A stretch of 64,000 nt of DNA from contig CM059431.1 of the NCBI GenBank assembly GCA_030390025.1, positions 131,194,001 to 131,258,000 on the forward strand, written 5' to 3'. Below the pieces are notes generated by a model. The model made no database searches and was not told the DNA's origin. It saw only the letters and a list, made by a program, of their open reading frames with translations. Shown in pieces: positions 1 to 9,439 of the stretch. Position 1 is the first letter of the stretch. Each line of letters opens with the position of its first letter. A program made the translations under genes and the position numbers. The DNA comes from Squalus acanthias (taxonomy: Eukaryota).

Positions 1-330
1 CTTCGACAGACAGAAGGGGACAACAGATACAATGAGGCCCCTACCACTACAAGAATTGTTGTAGAGAAACTTGCAAGTCCTGTTTTAGGTGCCTGGATAA
101 TCAGGTGGAGCCCTGCAATACAGCTCAGGGAGAATCATTGTAGTTTGCTGTATTCTGCATAATATTGCAATGAAGAAAGGCTCGCTGCTTCTGGAAGCTG
201 AAGGCGATGATGATGGAGATGGGGTGGAAGGGCTTCCCTCCCCACAGCATGAAGAGGGTGCGTGGGAAGGATAGGACATGGGATAGAACAGCCAAACAAA
301 GGAAGGTGCAATCGATAACCTGGCTTGTTC
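1..330 (+). pseudogene. Degenerate C-terminus of a Harbinger (HARBI1-like) DDE transposase, element H0
   Basis: Manual translation across frameshifts gives RYNEA.TTTRIVVE, FRCLD, GGALQYS, RIIVVCCILHNIAM followed by an acidic tail. The same motifs occur in the Harbinger transposases at 6948-7895 and 9440-12353. Confidence 0.8.
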
Positions 331-559
331 TCCTCTTCCTCACAAAGTTCAACACTGTCAAAGACTTCTGCCAGGTTCATTCATAAGACAGAAATCTACA
401 TTTCCCCTGTCATCATTGCAACCCCCAAAAGCTGAAAGCATGCACAGAAATGAACTCAGAACTCTATGTGCACAAGCCATGTTTATTTCACACAACATAT
501 TCCCCAAAAAGTGTCAAAATTTCCAATCACCCTACCTACACCTACTTTTTAACTGTGTC

Positions 560-1260
560 TACCCGTTGTGTCAACTAACTTAATTGTTATGAGGTACACC
601 CTGAGTAAAATGAAATTGAGAGCTAGCTGGCTGGGATGATCCCCTTGACGTCTTAGAGGCCTGAGGTGATTCCTGTCTCAGGGAAGCATTAGTCCCAGAA
701 GATCCAGATTTGAGCATTCCTTTCTTGCAGTGGCAAGGGATACCTGGCTATATCTGAAGCGTCTTCGTGTGGGCACTGGAGAAAGCCTTAAGGCAGCAGG
801 CTCAATGCAACTCTCCAGAGTGACAGTGATATCTGCATTTATTCTTTGCAGCCCACTGGTGCTGGGCACAGACTCTGAAGAGCTTCTAGTCAGGGTCAGT
901 ACAGACCAAATACTCCCAACCGGGTCTTGTAATCCCTGAGTAATGCTTGTTTTCATGATGACCCTCAAAGCATCTATTGAAACAATGGTAGCTGCCACTC
1001 TGAAAGCCACCAATGTCCTTAGAAGCTGTTCCTGGCATCTTGACGCTGTAGAAATCTCCTGGGCTATCACAGTCTCCAGAGTTTGGAGCAGGGAGGGAAC
1101 GGCCAATCGTGGGGAGAAGCAGGTTAGCTTGGTAGGCAGGGGGGACTACTCCTGCTCCTCCTGGCCCACAAGCAGTGCTGGAAAGGCACTTATCCAGCAG
1201 TCCTTGCCTCCCTTCAGCTGCCGTGTTTCCCGAGGCCTGGGAAAACTGGTCGGCCAGTGT
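560..1260 (-). pseudogene. Degenerate last exon of the Harbinger Myb/SANT-like partner gene, element H0
   Basis: Converges on the transposase remnant as in the other Harbingers. ORF 678-1106 has a coiled-coil-like then S/T/P-rich, basic composition like the exon-3 products at 5545-6596 and 33688-34779. Confidence 0.5.
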
Positions 1261-1261
1261 T

Positions 1262-1484
1262 GAATTTAAAATGGAGGTAAAATCTGAGGTGCGCAGCCTC
1301 ATTAAAATATTTGAATGAGTGACCCACCTCCTAGGAGTGGGTTGAATGCCCACCCTCCATACGACTCCGTTAAAACCAGAAGTGGGTGGGCTCAAGGTGG
1401 GTACGGTTCGGGTTTGAGATTTTTAACATTTTATCATCCCACCCAACCCAAACCCACCCATTTTTAGTGGTTAAAATTCCCCCC
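1262..1484. mobile_element. Harbinger-type terminal segment ending in TIR ...AAAATTCCCCCC
   Basis: Reverse complement resembles 22200-22370 of the MITE at 22145-23315; ends with the GGGGGGAATTTT-type TIR. Confidence 0.65.
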
Positions 1485-2186
1485 AATCAGTCTGATTCAT
1501 GCACTACTTCCCCCCAGGTGAGTGTCTCTATGCATGTAAGATGCAACTGGTGAGGAGGTGGCAGCAATTGAGTCTGAGATTCCAGCAGTTAACTCCCCAG
1601 AGGCAGTTACTAGATGGTCATTATTGTGGCTTTCCTTTTCCTGCAGTGACATTCCCTCTCAAAGTTGTTAAGTGGAAGGGCATTGCTATACTTTGAGAAA
1701 GCACATAAAGCTGACAGAACCTATGAGAAGCATTTCCCAGCTTTTACCAGCCTTCTGTTGCAAACTTGCCTTGAACAACCAGCCTCGCCTCCTCCCACAG
1801 GTTCTCCTGTCTATTTACTTATGATTTCAGCACTTCCTCTTCGTGGGTGTTCAGGGTTTTCAGCACTGCTGCTGTATTTCTTTAGCACTGGTTGTAGGCC
1901 ATCTTTGCCTTTGGAGGGAGAGAAGATAATGGCCCGGAATTTGCGGTTGTAATGACGGCGAAACAGTCAGCGTTCGCCATCATTACTGTGTAAAACTAAC
2001 AGCAACTTCTGTTGTCCGCACATGCGCAGTTAAATGCGGAAATCCGGAAGATGCTGTCAGTGATACCCTGCTCCTCCACAGGGTGCGCTGTTACAGTCTT
2101 CACAGATGCAAACAACACAGAATCAGTGATTTGACGTGAACTTCAACTTACGCACTATTCTCGCTGTAAAAACCATTGAAAAGGTT

Positions 2187-3694
2187 GGGCTAGAAATTCA
2201 GCTGGTTAGCGTCTCCCGTTAGTAGCTCCGGGAGGCGATAACAGGGCGCTAACCACTTACCGCCCAGGCGTGGCGAAAATATCGCCTCCCGCTAAATTCA
2301 GTGGGAGGTTTGCGGCAGCGGTATGGCGTTGCGCCCCGATCTCCTTCGCCCGGAGATTGTGACGTCATCGCCGTGCGCATCGCCCCGGACCCGAACTTCG
2401 GTTTCACCCAATGCAGCATCGCCGGGCGACAACATCGGCTGCAGGAGGTGTTCATCAGGAGGCCAGGCGCTTCGGGGACGATACTTAAAGGCGAGGTGGC
2501 TGAGATAGGAAAAAAAGTACTCAAATGTTCATTCTCTGGTTTTTTGTTTTTTCCCCAGCGCTCGATCAGTCCGGCACTATGCTGTAGTGCATCGGGCTGA
2601 TCGAGCTGGATTGCGGCTGCCGTCGGGGACCAGGTAAGTTGCTTTCCCTTGCAGAGCCTGCAGCGATGGTCCTTCCCTTTAAGGGAGGGAAGGAGCCTTC
2701 CAACACGCCAGCACTGCATGGCCCATTGTGCAGCGCTGCTCACCTACCACCCCGTCTGCTGCCTGTTGCGCTCCAGGAAGGAAGTGGAGTGCTTGATTTA
2801 GCGCTCCATTTCCTTCGTGGAGGGCAAAACCGAATTTTTTAAAAGTTGAGAAATATTGGCCCAGAAATTCGGGTCGGAGGCTTCCCGCGGGTGCAAGCAT
2901 AGCGGGTACACTTACATAGCGCGCCTGCCGTTGTGCTGTGGGCCCGCATGGGATTCCGATCCTGGGCCTCCTCCAGCTGCCGGTGTGCAGTGCTCGCGGA
3001 TCCCAGCGGAGCAACTAGTTCGCACCGTCCCCATGGATCACGTGGTCCATGGAGAGCCAATCGGAGCAGGAAATCTCCATTCATAGATTTGACAGGAAGA
3101 CCTGTCAAATCTATGAATAGAGATCGGCCCCAAAACCTAAGTAAAACTTGAAATAATTTTTTTTAAAACATCACATTTTTAAAATAACTATAAATTACAT
3201 AAATTAACTATTTTAAACAAAAATTTAAATTTTTGAAAAATTAATTAAAGTTTTTAACGGGGCTAACAATAAACTTACCTTTCTTTAAAGTATTTAAAAA
3301 TGATAAACCTGTGGAAAAATGTTTCAATTTTACTTAATTCACCTCTTACCTTGTTAAAAGCAGTACTTGCGCCTGCTTTTTCCACGCACAGCTGCTAGGG
3401 ACTTACCCGCACGGAGAAACCTGTAAAAAAAGCAGAAGTTCGCTGCGTGCGCGCTGCCTCTCCCGCGCACGCGGTTGACCCACGAACCCCTTCCTTCAAG
3501 AGACCGGAAGTTCCGGTTTCCCGTGCATGCGCAGTGCATGCGCGAAACCGGCACTTCAGGTGGCCCTACGGTTGAGTACACAGCGCATACTCACCCGTGG
3601 GGACCCAAATTTCTGGGCCAATAGCGCCTGCCACTAAATTTTTCAACTTTTAAAAGTTAGCGGTCCAAACGGGGCTATAATGAATTTCTCCCCC
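2187..3694. mobile_element. Harbinger-type MITE, middle layer of the nest; related to 25479-26199 and M1/M2
   Basis: Imperfect TIRs GGGCTAGAAATTCA / TGAATTTCTCCCCC, right flank TTA, GC-rich subterminal AGCGCC repeats. Confidence 0.8.
2858..3619. mobile_element. Harbinger-type MITE, inner layer of the nest; same family as 24142-24885
   Basis: TIRs GGCCCAGAAATT / AATTTCTGGGCC, flanks ATT/AAT, internal blocks colinear with 24142-24885. Confidence 0.85.
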
Positions 3695-3881
3695 TTAAGC
3701 CTTGTTGAATGAGGTGTAACCGAGTTTTTAACGGCACACTAAATCATAATTACTGCTAAACAACCTCTCTGGCCCTGAAAAACTAACTTTACATATGTGG
3801 AGTTTCATTCCTCAGAATAACATTTTGAAGTTTGTTTAATATGAAGGGCTAAATCCCTTATTGAGGGCTAAAGAAATAGTT

Positions 3882-4400
3882 AAGAACATAAAACATAAGA
3901 AATAGGAGCTGGAGTAGGCCATTTGGCCCTTCGAACCTGCTCTGCCATTCAACTACCTCAACTCCACCTTCCCACACTATCCCCATATCCCTCAATTTCC
4001 TTCGTTCCGAAAAATCTATCGACCTCTGTCTGGAATATACTCAACGACTGAGCATCCACAGCTCTCTGGGGTAGAGAATTCCAAAGATTCACAACGCTTT
4101 GAGTTTTTTTGTCTATTCGTTTATGGGATGTGGTCATCGCTGACATTTATTGTCCATCCCTAATTGCCCTTGAGAAGGTGGTGGTGAGCTGCCTTCTTGA
4201 ACCGCTGCAGTCCGTGTGGTGAAGGTACTCCCACAGTGCTGTTAGGGAGGGAGTTCCCTTTGAGTGAAGAAATTTATCCTCGTCTCAGTCCTAAATGGCC
4301 TACCCCTTATTTTGTGACTGTGACCCTGTGTTCTAGATTCCCCAGCCAGGGGAAACATTTTCCCAGCATTAACCCTGTCAAGCCCCTGAAGAATTTTATT
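3882..4400 (-). mobile_element. CR1 LINE 3' end, interrupted at 4105-4257
   Basis: Reverse-strand VVNLWNSLPQRAV and GLDRVNAGKMFPL motifs; 3' tail of AAGAACAT-type repeats. Confidence 0.9.
4105..4257 (-). mobile_element. 3' tail of a second CR1-group LINE family inserted into CR1
   Basis: Matches the tail at 37830-37975. Flanked by an 8-bp TSD CTTTGAGT (4097-4104, 4258-4265). Confidence 0.85.
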
Positions 4401-4755
4401 GGGAAAAATTTGGTATCGACCATTTTGGGGCGCTAACATCACATGGGCGCTAACTTTAGTGCCCGGCACTAATTAGCGCCGGCGACCGCAAAATTGAGTT
4501 TTAGCATCCCAAGAGGGAAGTGTAGCATTAAATCAAGCACTACACATTTCTCTTAGGGCGCTAACGTCGCAGAGCGGGGCACTACCTTCAGAGCGCTAAT
4601 CAACTTCCGGCGCTGTCAATTAGAGAGTCCTCAGACAGACTGGCACCTTCCAGTTCTTAAAGGGGAGGTTCAATCATGCTGCACAGCCTCACTCTGATCA
4701 TTGCTGCTTGTGAACTGGGCCTGTAAGGAGCTGCAAGCCTTCATTCAAGCAATTG

Positions 4756-6596
4756 ATGGCTGATCAGAGGCCCAGAGAGAGAGCTCGCCAGTTCAGTGAC
4801 CATGCCTTGGAGGCTCTGGTTGCGGCCATGGAACTTCGACGGGTAGTGCTCTTCCCGGACCCTGGCAGGAGGCCATTGCCACAGGCCTTTAGGAGGATGT
4901 GGAGGGAGGTCGCCCAGCACGTGTCGGCCAGAAGTGTGGTCCCCAGAACTCCCACCCAGTGCCGGATAAATTCAACGACCTCACTCGGGTGGTCAGGGTG
5001 AGTAGATGCTTCAAAAACCTCTACATGCCACATCTCAACCTCACTCTGTGCACACAGCGTATAAACCACCACATCCCCAACACTCACCCACCAACTATGC
5101 CCATCTACTAAAAGTCACATCCACATCTCACGCCTTGCATACATTAACAGCTATTCAACTATGGTAGGCACATCTGCCAAACACATAGCTGCACACTCAC
5201 TGACACAATTTCCTTTTTCATGCAGGCCAAGCTTGCTCACAACAGGAGGGAGCAGGCACGAACGTGAGGAGGTGAGGCGGACCTGCACCCCCTTACAGAC
5301 CTGGAGGAGCAAGTGGGCCGCATCATTGCCGCCCATGTCGTGGGCGCTGTGGCCATCGGAGACATCGACCCCCTTGGGGACAACAACGGTATATTCATCA
5401 CCTCTCCCTCTTCTCTCATACCACTTCCCCCTCACACCACAAGCCCTTCCTACTTTCCATCTAAGTATACTGTCTCCATTCCTTGCTCCCTTCCTGCCCC
5501 CCTCCCCTGACCTTAACCCCACTCTTGTGCCTTTATGCTTTCAGATAATCAGCCACCAGCTGACCAGCCTGTCCCTCAGCCTCCCAATGGCAGCAACGCG
5601 GGAGAGGAGGAGCAAGAACAAGCCAGAGCCTCACTGCCTGTGTCTCCTGAAGGCGCTAGGTCCGATAATGGGGTGACGCGGTCGCTGGAGAGGAGCCTAG
5701 TAGGTGGGTCTGATGTGGGTGAAGCTTCGGAACCCAGCGGGCTGCAGCAACGCCACGGGGAAAGGGAGGCTCAGGGGCCATCTCCCCGGAGGGTGAGTGC
5801 GCGCACGAGTTCTGCTGCACAGGACCTCGATGTGGAGGCGATGACCACACGGGAGATGGGCATGCACACAGAGCTCATGGGTGCAATGGCAAGGTGCCCG
5901 AGAACATGGATGCACTGGCAAGGAGCGTGGAGGAGTCCGCCTCCAACATTGCTCTTAGCTGTGTTCACACCATTGAGCCCATCCTTGGCAATTTGCAAGG
6001 ATGGTCGACTCGCAGAGAGACCGTGGGGACCCAGACCTCATGTCGCGTGTCATGGGTGTGGTGGCAGCAGCTATTGCAGCACAGGCCAAAGCAACGGCTG
6101 AGTGCTGTAATGGAGTCAGTGGTTGCTGACATCCAATCTTAGAGTGCTCATAACTGCTGCCATCATCGCTGGGTCGCACACAGTCCACCGGGGATCTCAC
6201 GGTGCCGCAGCAGGCCAGCAATCTGTGCTCGAGCAGATTGCTCCGGATGCCGAGGTTCTGCCCCAGGGGAGTGGCAGTGTGTCGGTCGAGCAGGAAGGTA
6301 CTGTCCTCTCTCAGGATGACAGCATTCCTGCTCCCACCACTGCCACTTCGCCATTGCACTTGTCACAGCCTGCAACACAGCCAGCCCAGACTGCTGCCGC
6401 CCATGCTAAGGTGGTGCATTTTGCAGCTGGGCCTTCCAGGCCCAGAGCTGGTCCACGGCGTCCCGCTAGGCCATCTACAGTCTCTGGCTCCCAGACTCAG
6501 CAGCCTTCCACCAGCCTTGCTGCAGCCACTGGGGCCACATTACGGAGGAGCAGTAGGGTTGGGAGGGGGAACTCAAAATTGGAGGGAGATCATTGA
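4756..6596 (+). pseudogene. Harbinger Myb/SANT-like DNA-binding protein gene, 3 exons (~4756-4997, 5226-5388, 5545-6596), frameshifted
   Basis: MADQRPRERARQFSDHALEALV...W.EVA..VSA.SVVPRTPTQC..KFNDL (Myb/SANT-like, NAIF1 type). Donors GTGAGT 4998 and GTATAT 5389; acceptors TGCAG 5225 and TTCAG 5544. Confidence 0.85.
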
Positions 6597-6639
6597 AGAA
6601 GGGGGAGTAAAGAATACTTTAGTAGCAAATGGGGGTAGT

Positions 6640-6835
6640 GTGTGTTAATAAATTGATGTGTTTGTAAATATATTGTTGTGTTTGTGAACAAATAGTTATG
6701 CTTGTAAATAAATATTTGTCATTGGTAACAAATAGTTCAGTTTGATAAGAGTTGTGTTTGTTGATAAATGGTTGTGTTTGTTTATGAATAGTTGTGTTTC
6801 ATAAGAGAGACTTGTGTTCGATAATAAATTGTTAA
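6640..6835. repeat. Degenerate TTGTGTTTG/AAATA tandem repeats between the converging Harbinger genes
   Basis: About 8-10 imperfect units, including AATAAA copies. Confidence 0.6.
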
Positions 6836-6947
6836 TTTGACGTTGCACATTTTGTGATGTTTCTCATTTGACCTTTGCTCGGTGATGGGGCTGCGAGCTG
6901 GATGTAATGATGTGGTTGTTCTGCGCAAACACCATGTGATATATCAT

Positions 6948-7895
6948 TTATTGGAAGCAGTATCTAATGAGGCGATCACGAACAGCCCTTGCAGAAGCAA
7001 GATTGAGTGGCTTCCTCCTCCATTGCTGCTGCTCCTCCTCCTCTTCATCCTCCTCCTCCGCCTCCTCCTCCTCTCCCTCTTCCTCCTCCTGAGGTGGACC
7101 TGCAATCCCTGGTGGCAATGGCTGGGCCCTCAGAATGGCCAAAATGAAAAGGGAGACTCGATCAGGGGAGTACTGCAGGGCTCCTCCAGAGCGGTCAAGG
7201 CAGCAGAACCGTTGCTTTAGCACCCCCATAGTGTGTTTGTTTGATCAGGTTCCTGGTGGCGCTATGGCTGTCATTGTATATGTGCTGAGCAGGAGTGTTG
7301 GGGTTGCGGAGGGGTGTCATCAGCCAGGTGGCGAGTGGATAACCCTTGTCTCCAAGCAGCCAGCCACGAGCTTCATGTGGTGGGTGCAACAGTGCTGGGA
7401 CACCAGTCTGTTGCAGGATGAATGCATCGTGGCTGCTGCCAGGATAGCGGGCATTGACGGCGAGGATGCGCTGTCTGTGGTCGCACACCAACTGAACGTT
7501 CAGAGAGTGGTAGCCTTTGTGGTTGCGGAACACCTCTGCATGGTGATGAGGTGCCTGCAACATCACGTGGGTGCAGTCAATGGTGCCCTGAACCATGGGG
7601 AAGCCCACTATCCTTGCAAAGCCACAAGAGCATTCTCTGGTGATGGGGAATGTGATGTACTCCCTTCTCCTTCTGTAGAGGGCGTCTGTTACCTCCCGGA
7701 TGCAGCAATGGACGGCGAACTGTGAAATGTTTGCAATATCCCCTGTTGAGGCCTGGAAGGAGCCGCTGGCGTGGAAATTGAGAGCGACTGTGACCTTAAC
7801 TGCCACTGAGAGAAACGTCCTGGTCCTGAGCTGAGGCTGGAGTTCTGGCTGTAGGAGGTGGCAAAGCTCTGTGACCACCTCCTTGCTGAAGCGGA
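6948..7895 (-). pseudogene. Harbinger DDE transposase (HARBI1-like), 5'-truncated and frameshifted
   Basis: [62 protein letters not shown] and a poly-E tail. The expected catalytic Glu position reads K (NLIKQ); frameshift near 7230. Confidence 0.92.
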
Positions 7896-9147
7896 CCAAC
7901 GTTGAGGAGGCAGCTCTGGAGATCGCAGGAGAGGTTGAGCAGCCTGAAGTGGGGGACGGAGAGAGGGGCTCATTAGAACAACCTGTTGACAGAATTATTT
8001 TCCAGACATCTTATTTTGCAATCATGAATGACTCGATTCGGAACTGATGTCAATAGAAATTGAGTGCTAATCATGTGCACAATGGGATGTGTCTGCAATC
8101 TACATATCACATGTCTAACTCATGTCTTTACTCTCCCACAGCACCATCAAGAGCCCGGCCCCCCAATGCCCAGGAGGACGAGCAGGAGCACTCCTCAGAA
8201 GAACCTCCAGCCTCTGAGGGAGCAACGTCAGCAGAAATGAGCGCACCCTGCACCAGCGCAGAGACGCGCACCTCGGTGGGTCCTATGCGAGATAGCGTAG
8301 TGTTGTCACCTGGTGTATCACAAGTCACAAGTGAGCAAGATCAGATGGTGGAGACAGGGACAGCAGTGGAGACTCCTCGTCAGAGGCCGCAGGAGTCTCC
8401 TAGCTCTGCTGAGCTGCAGGCAGACGCTGAGCCTCGGGGGCCATCCAGGAAGAGGGTGATCCTGGAGCTTCAGGAACAAGTTCAGGAGGCTCTGACAGGG
8501 TTTTCAAACATGGTGACTGTGAGTGTGCAGAGAATGGAGGAGTCTATCTCAAATATGAGCAACGCCATGGCGCACGCACTGGCAACTGTAGGTACCGCCA
8601 TGGAAAGGATGGTAACCTCCATGGAGGACATAAATTGCCAGACTCAGGAGAACATGGTAACACTTCTAAATAGATGGTCATCTATGGAGGATAGATGGGC
8701 ATCTATTGAGGAGAGAAACCAAAGGTTCATGGACGTCCCCGTTATGAGCAATGTCAGCACGGACATGGGTCCTCATGGCCCCACTGATGTGCAGCAAGGT
8801 GCTCTCCAGCTACTTGCTGGCAGAGAAGCGCGGGTGGCCCATGAGAGGAATGATGGTGGGAGGGGACATGGAAATGGGGGCTCCTCTCCAAGCGCTCAAA
8901 CTGCCATCCCCTTGCCGATCCCTCGGTCAGGGCCTCCCCAAACGGTGATGGCCGAGTCAGCCCCTGCACAACCGCAGGAGTAGCAGACTTTGGCGGGGCC
9001 CTCAAAGGTTCCAAAACCCAGGTGATGACCGCCAAAGGCATCTAAGCAGGCACAGCAGGGAAGTGAACAACCTGCCTCTACATCTGGTGAAGCCACAGGG
9101 GTAGCACCTCGTAGAAGCATTTGTAAAAGAAATCTCACACATAAATA
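7896..9147 (+). pseudogene. H2 Myb/SANT-like gene: partial exon 2 (~7896-7985) and exon 3 (8142-~9147)
   Basis: Acceptor CTCTCCCACAG at 8141; long open coiled-coil stretch (RMEESISNMSNAM..AMERMVTSME); premature TAG at 8981. Confidence 0.75.
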
Positions 9148-9439
9148 GTCACTAGGGTAGTCACTTGGGTGTTTTCCTATAAATGAATGCTGAGTCTCAG
9201 TTCTTTTATTTTGTTGTAATAAAGTAATATATTGTGAATGATTGATGTTGTTGCCATATGAATGGTCACAAATTGAGGTGGCACAGACAAGGGTAAGGGC
9301 GCCTTTATTGTCCAGCAATGGTGGTGACAGTGCAAGGATTGAACAGTTCATTGCAGAGATGCTCTATGGTGTGGCAGTGTGGTAACGCCAACCTTCATGT
9401 GCATGTGGCAGCCACATGTCTGTGCTGCATAAAGTTACA

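Larger units (their letters stand above)
1931..3815. mobile_element. Harbinger-type MITE, outer layer of a triple nest; right end lost
   Basis: Starts GGCCCGGAATTT. Segments 1931-2186 and 3695-3815 are colinear with the intact family member at 49415-50155 (shared gcagttaaa..gaaa and aattactgc..aacaacctctc..ggc.ctgaaaa blocks). Confidence 0.75.
4401..7895. mobile_element. PIF/Harbinger DNA transposon H1, right end deleted
   Basis: Left TIR GGGAAAAATTT; spliced Myb/SANT-like gene (+) converging on a DDE transposase (-). Confidence 0.9.

Noticed and set aside
6640..6835. CRISPR-like array
   Set aside because: Degenerate low-complexity repeats with no fixed repeat-spacer structure, eukaryotic context and no cas genes.
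6948..7895. Host HARBI1 gene
   Set aside because: Multiple decayed copies with TIRs, a convergent Myb partner, frameshifts and stops; these are transposon copies, not the domesticated single-copy gene.
8060..8983. 307-aa ORF as a standalone novel gene
   Set aside because: Starts in an intron; after the acceptor at 8141 it is the last exon of the H2 Harbinger Myb-like gene.
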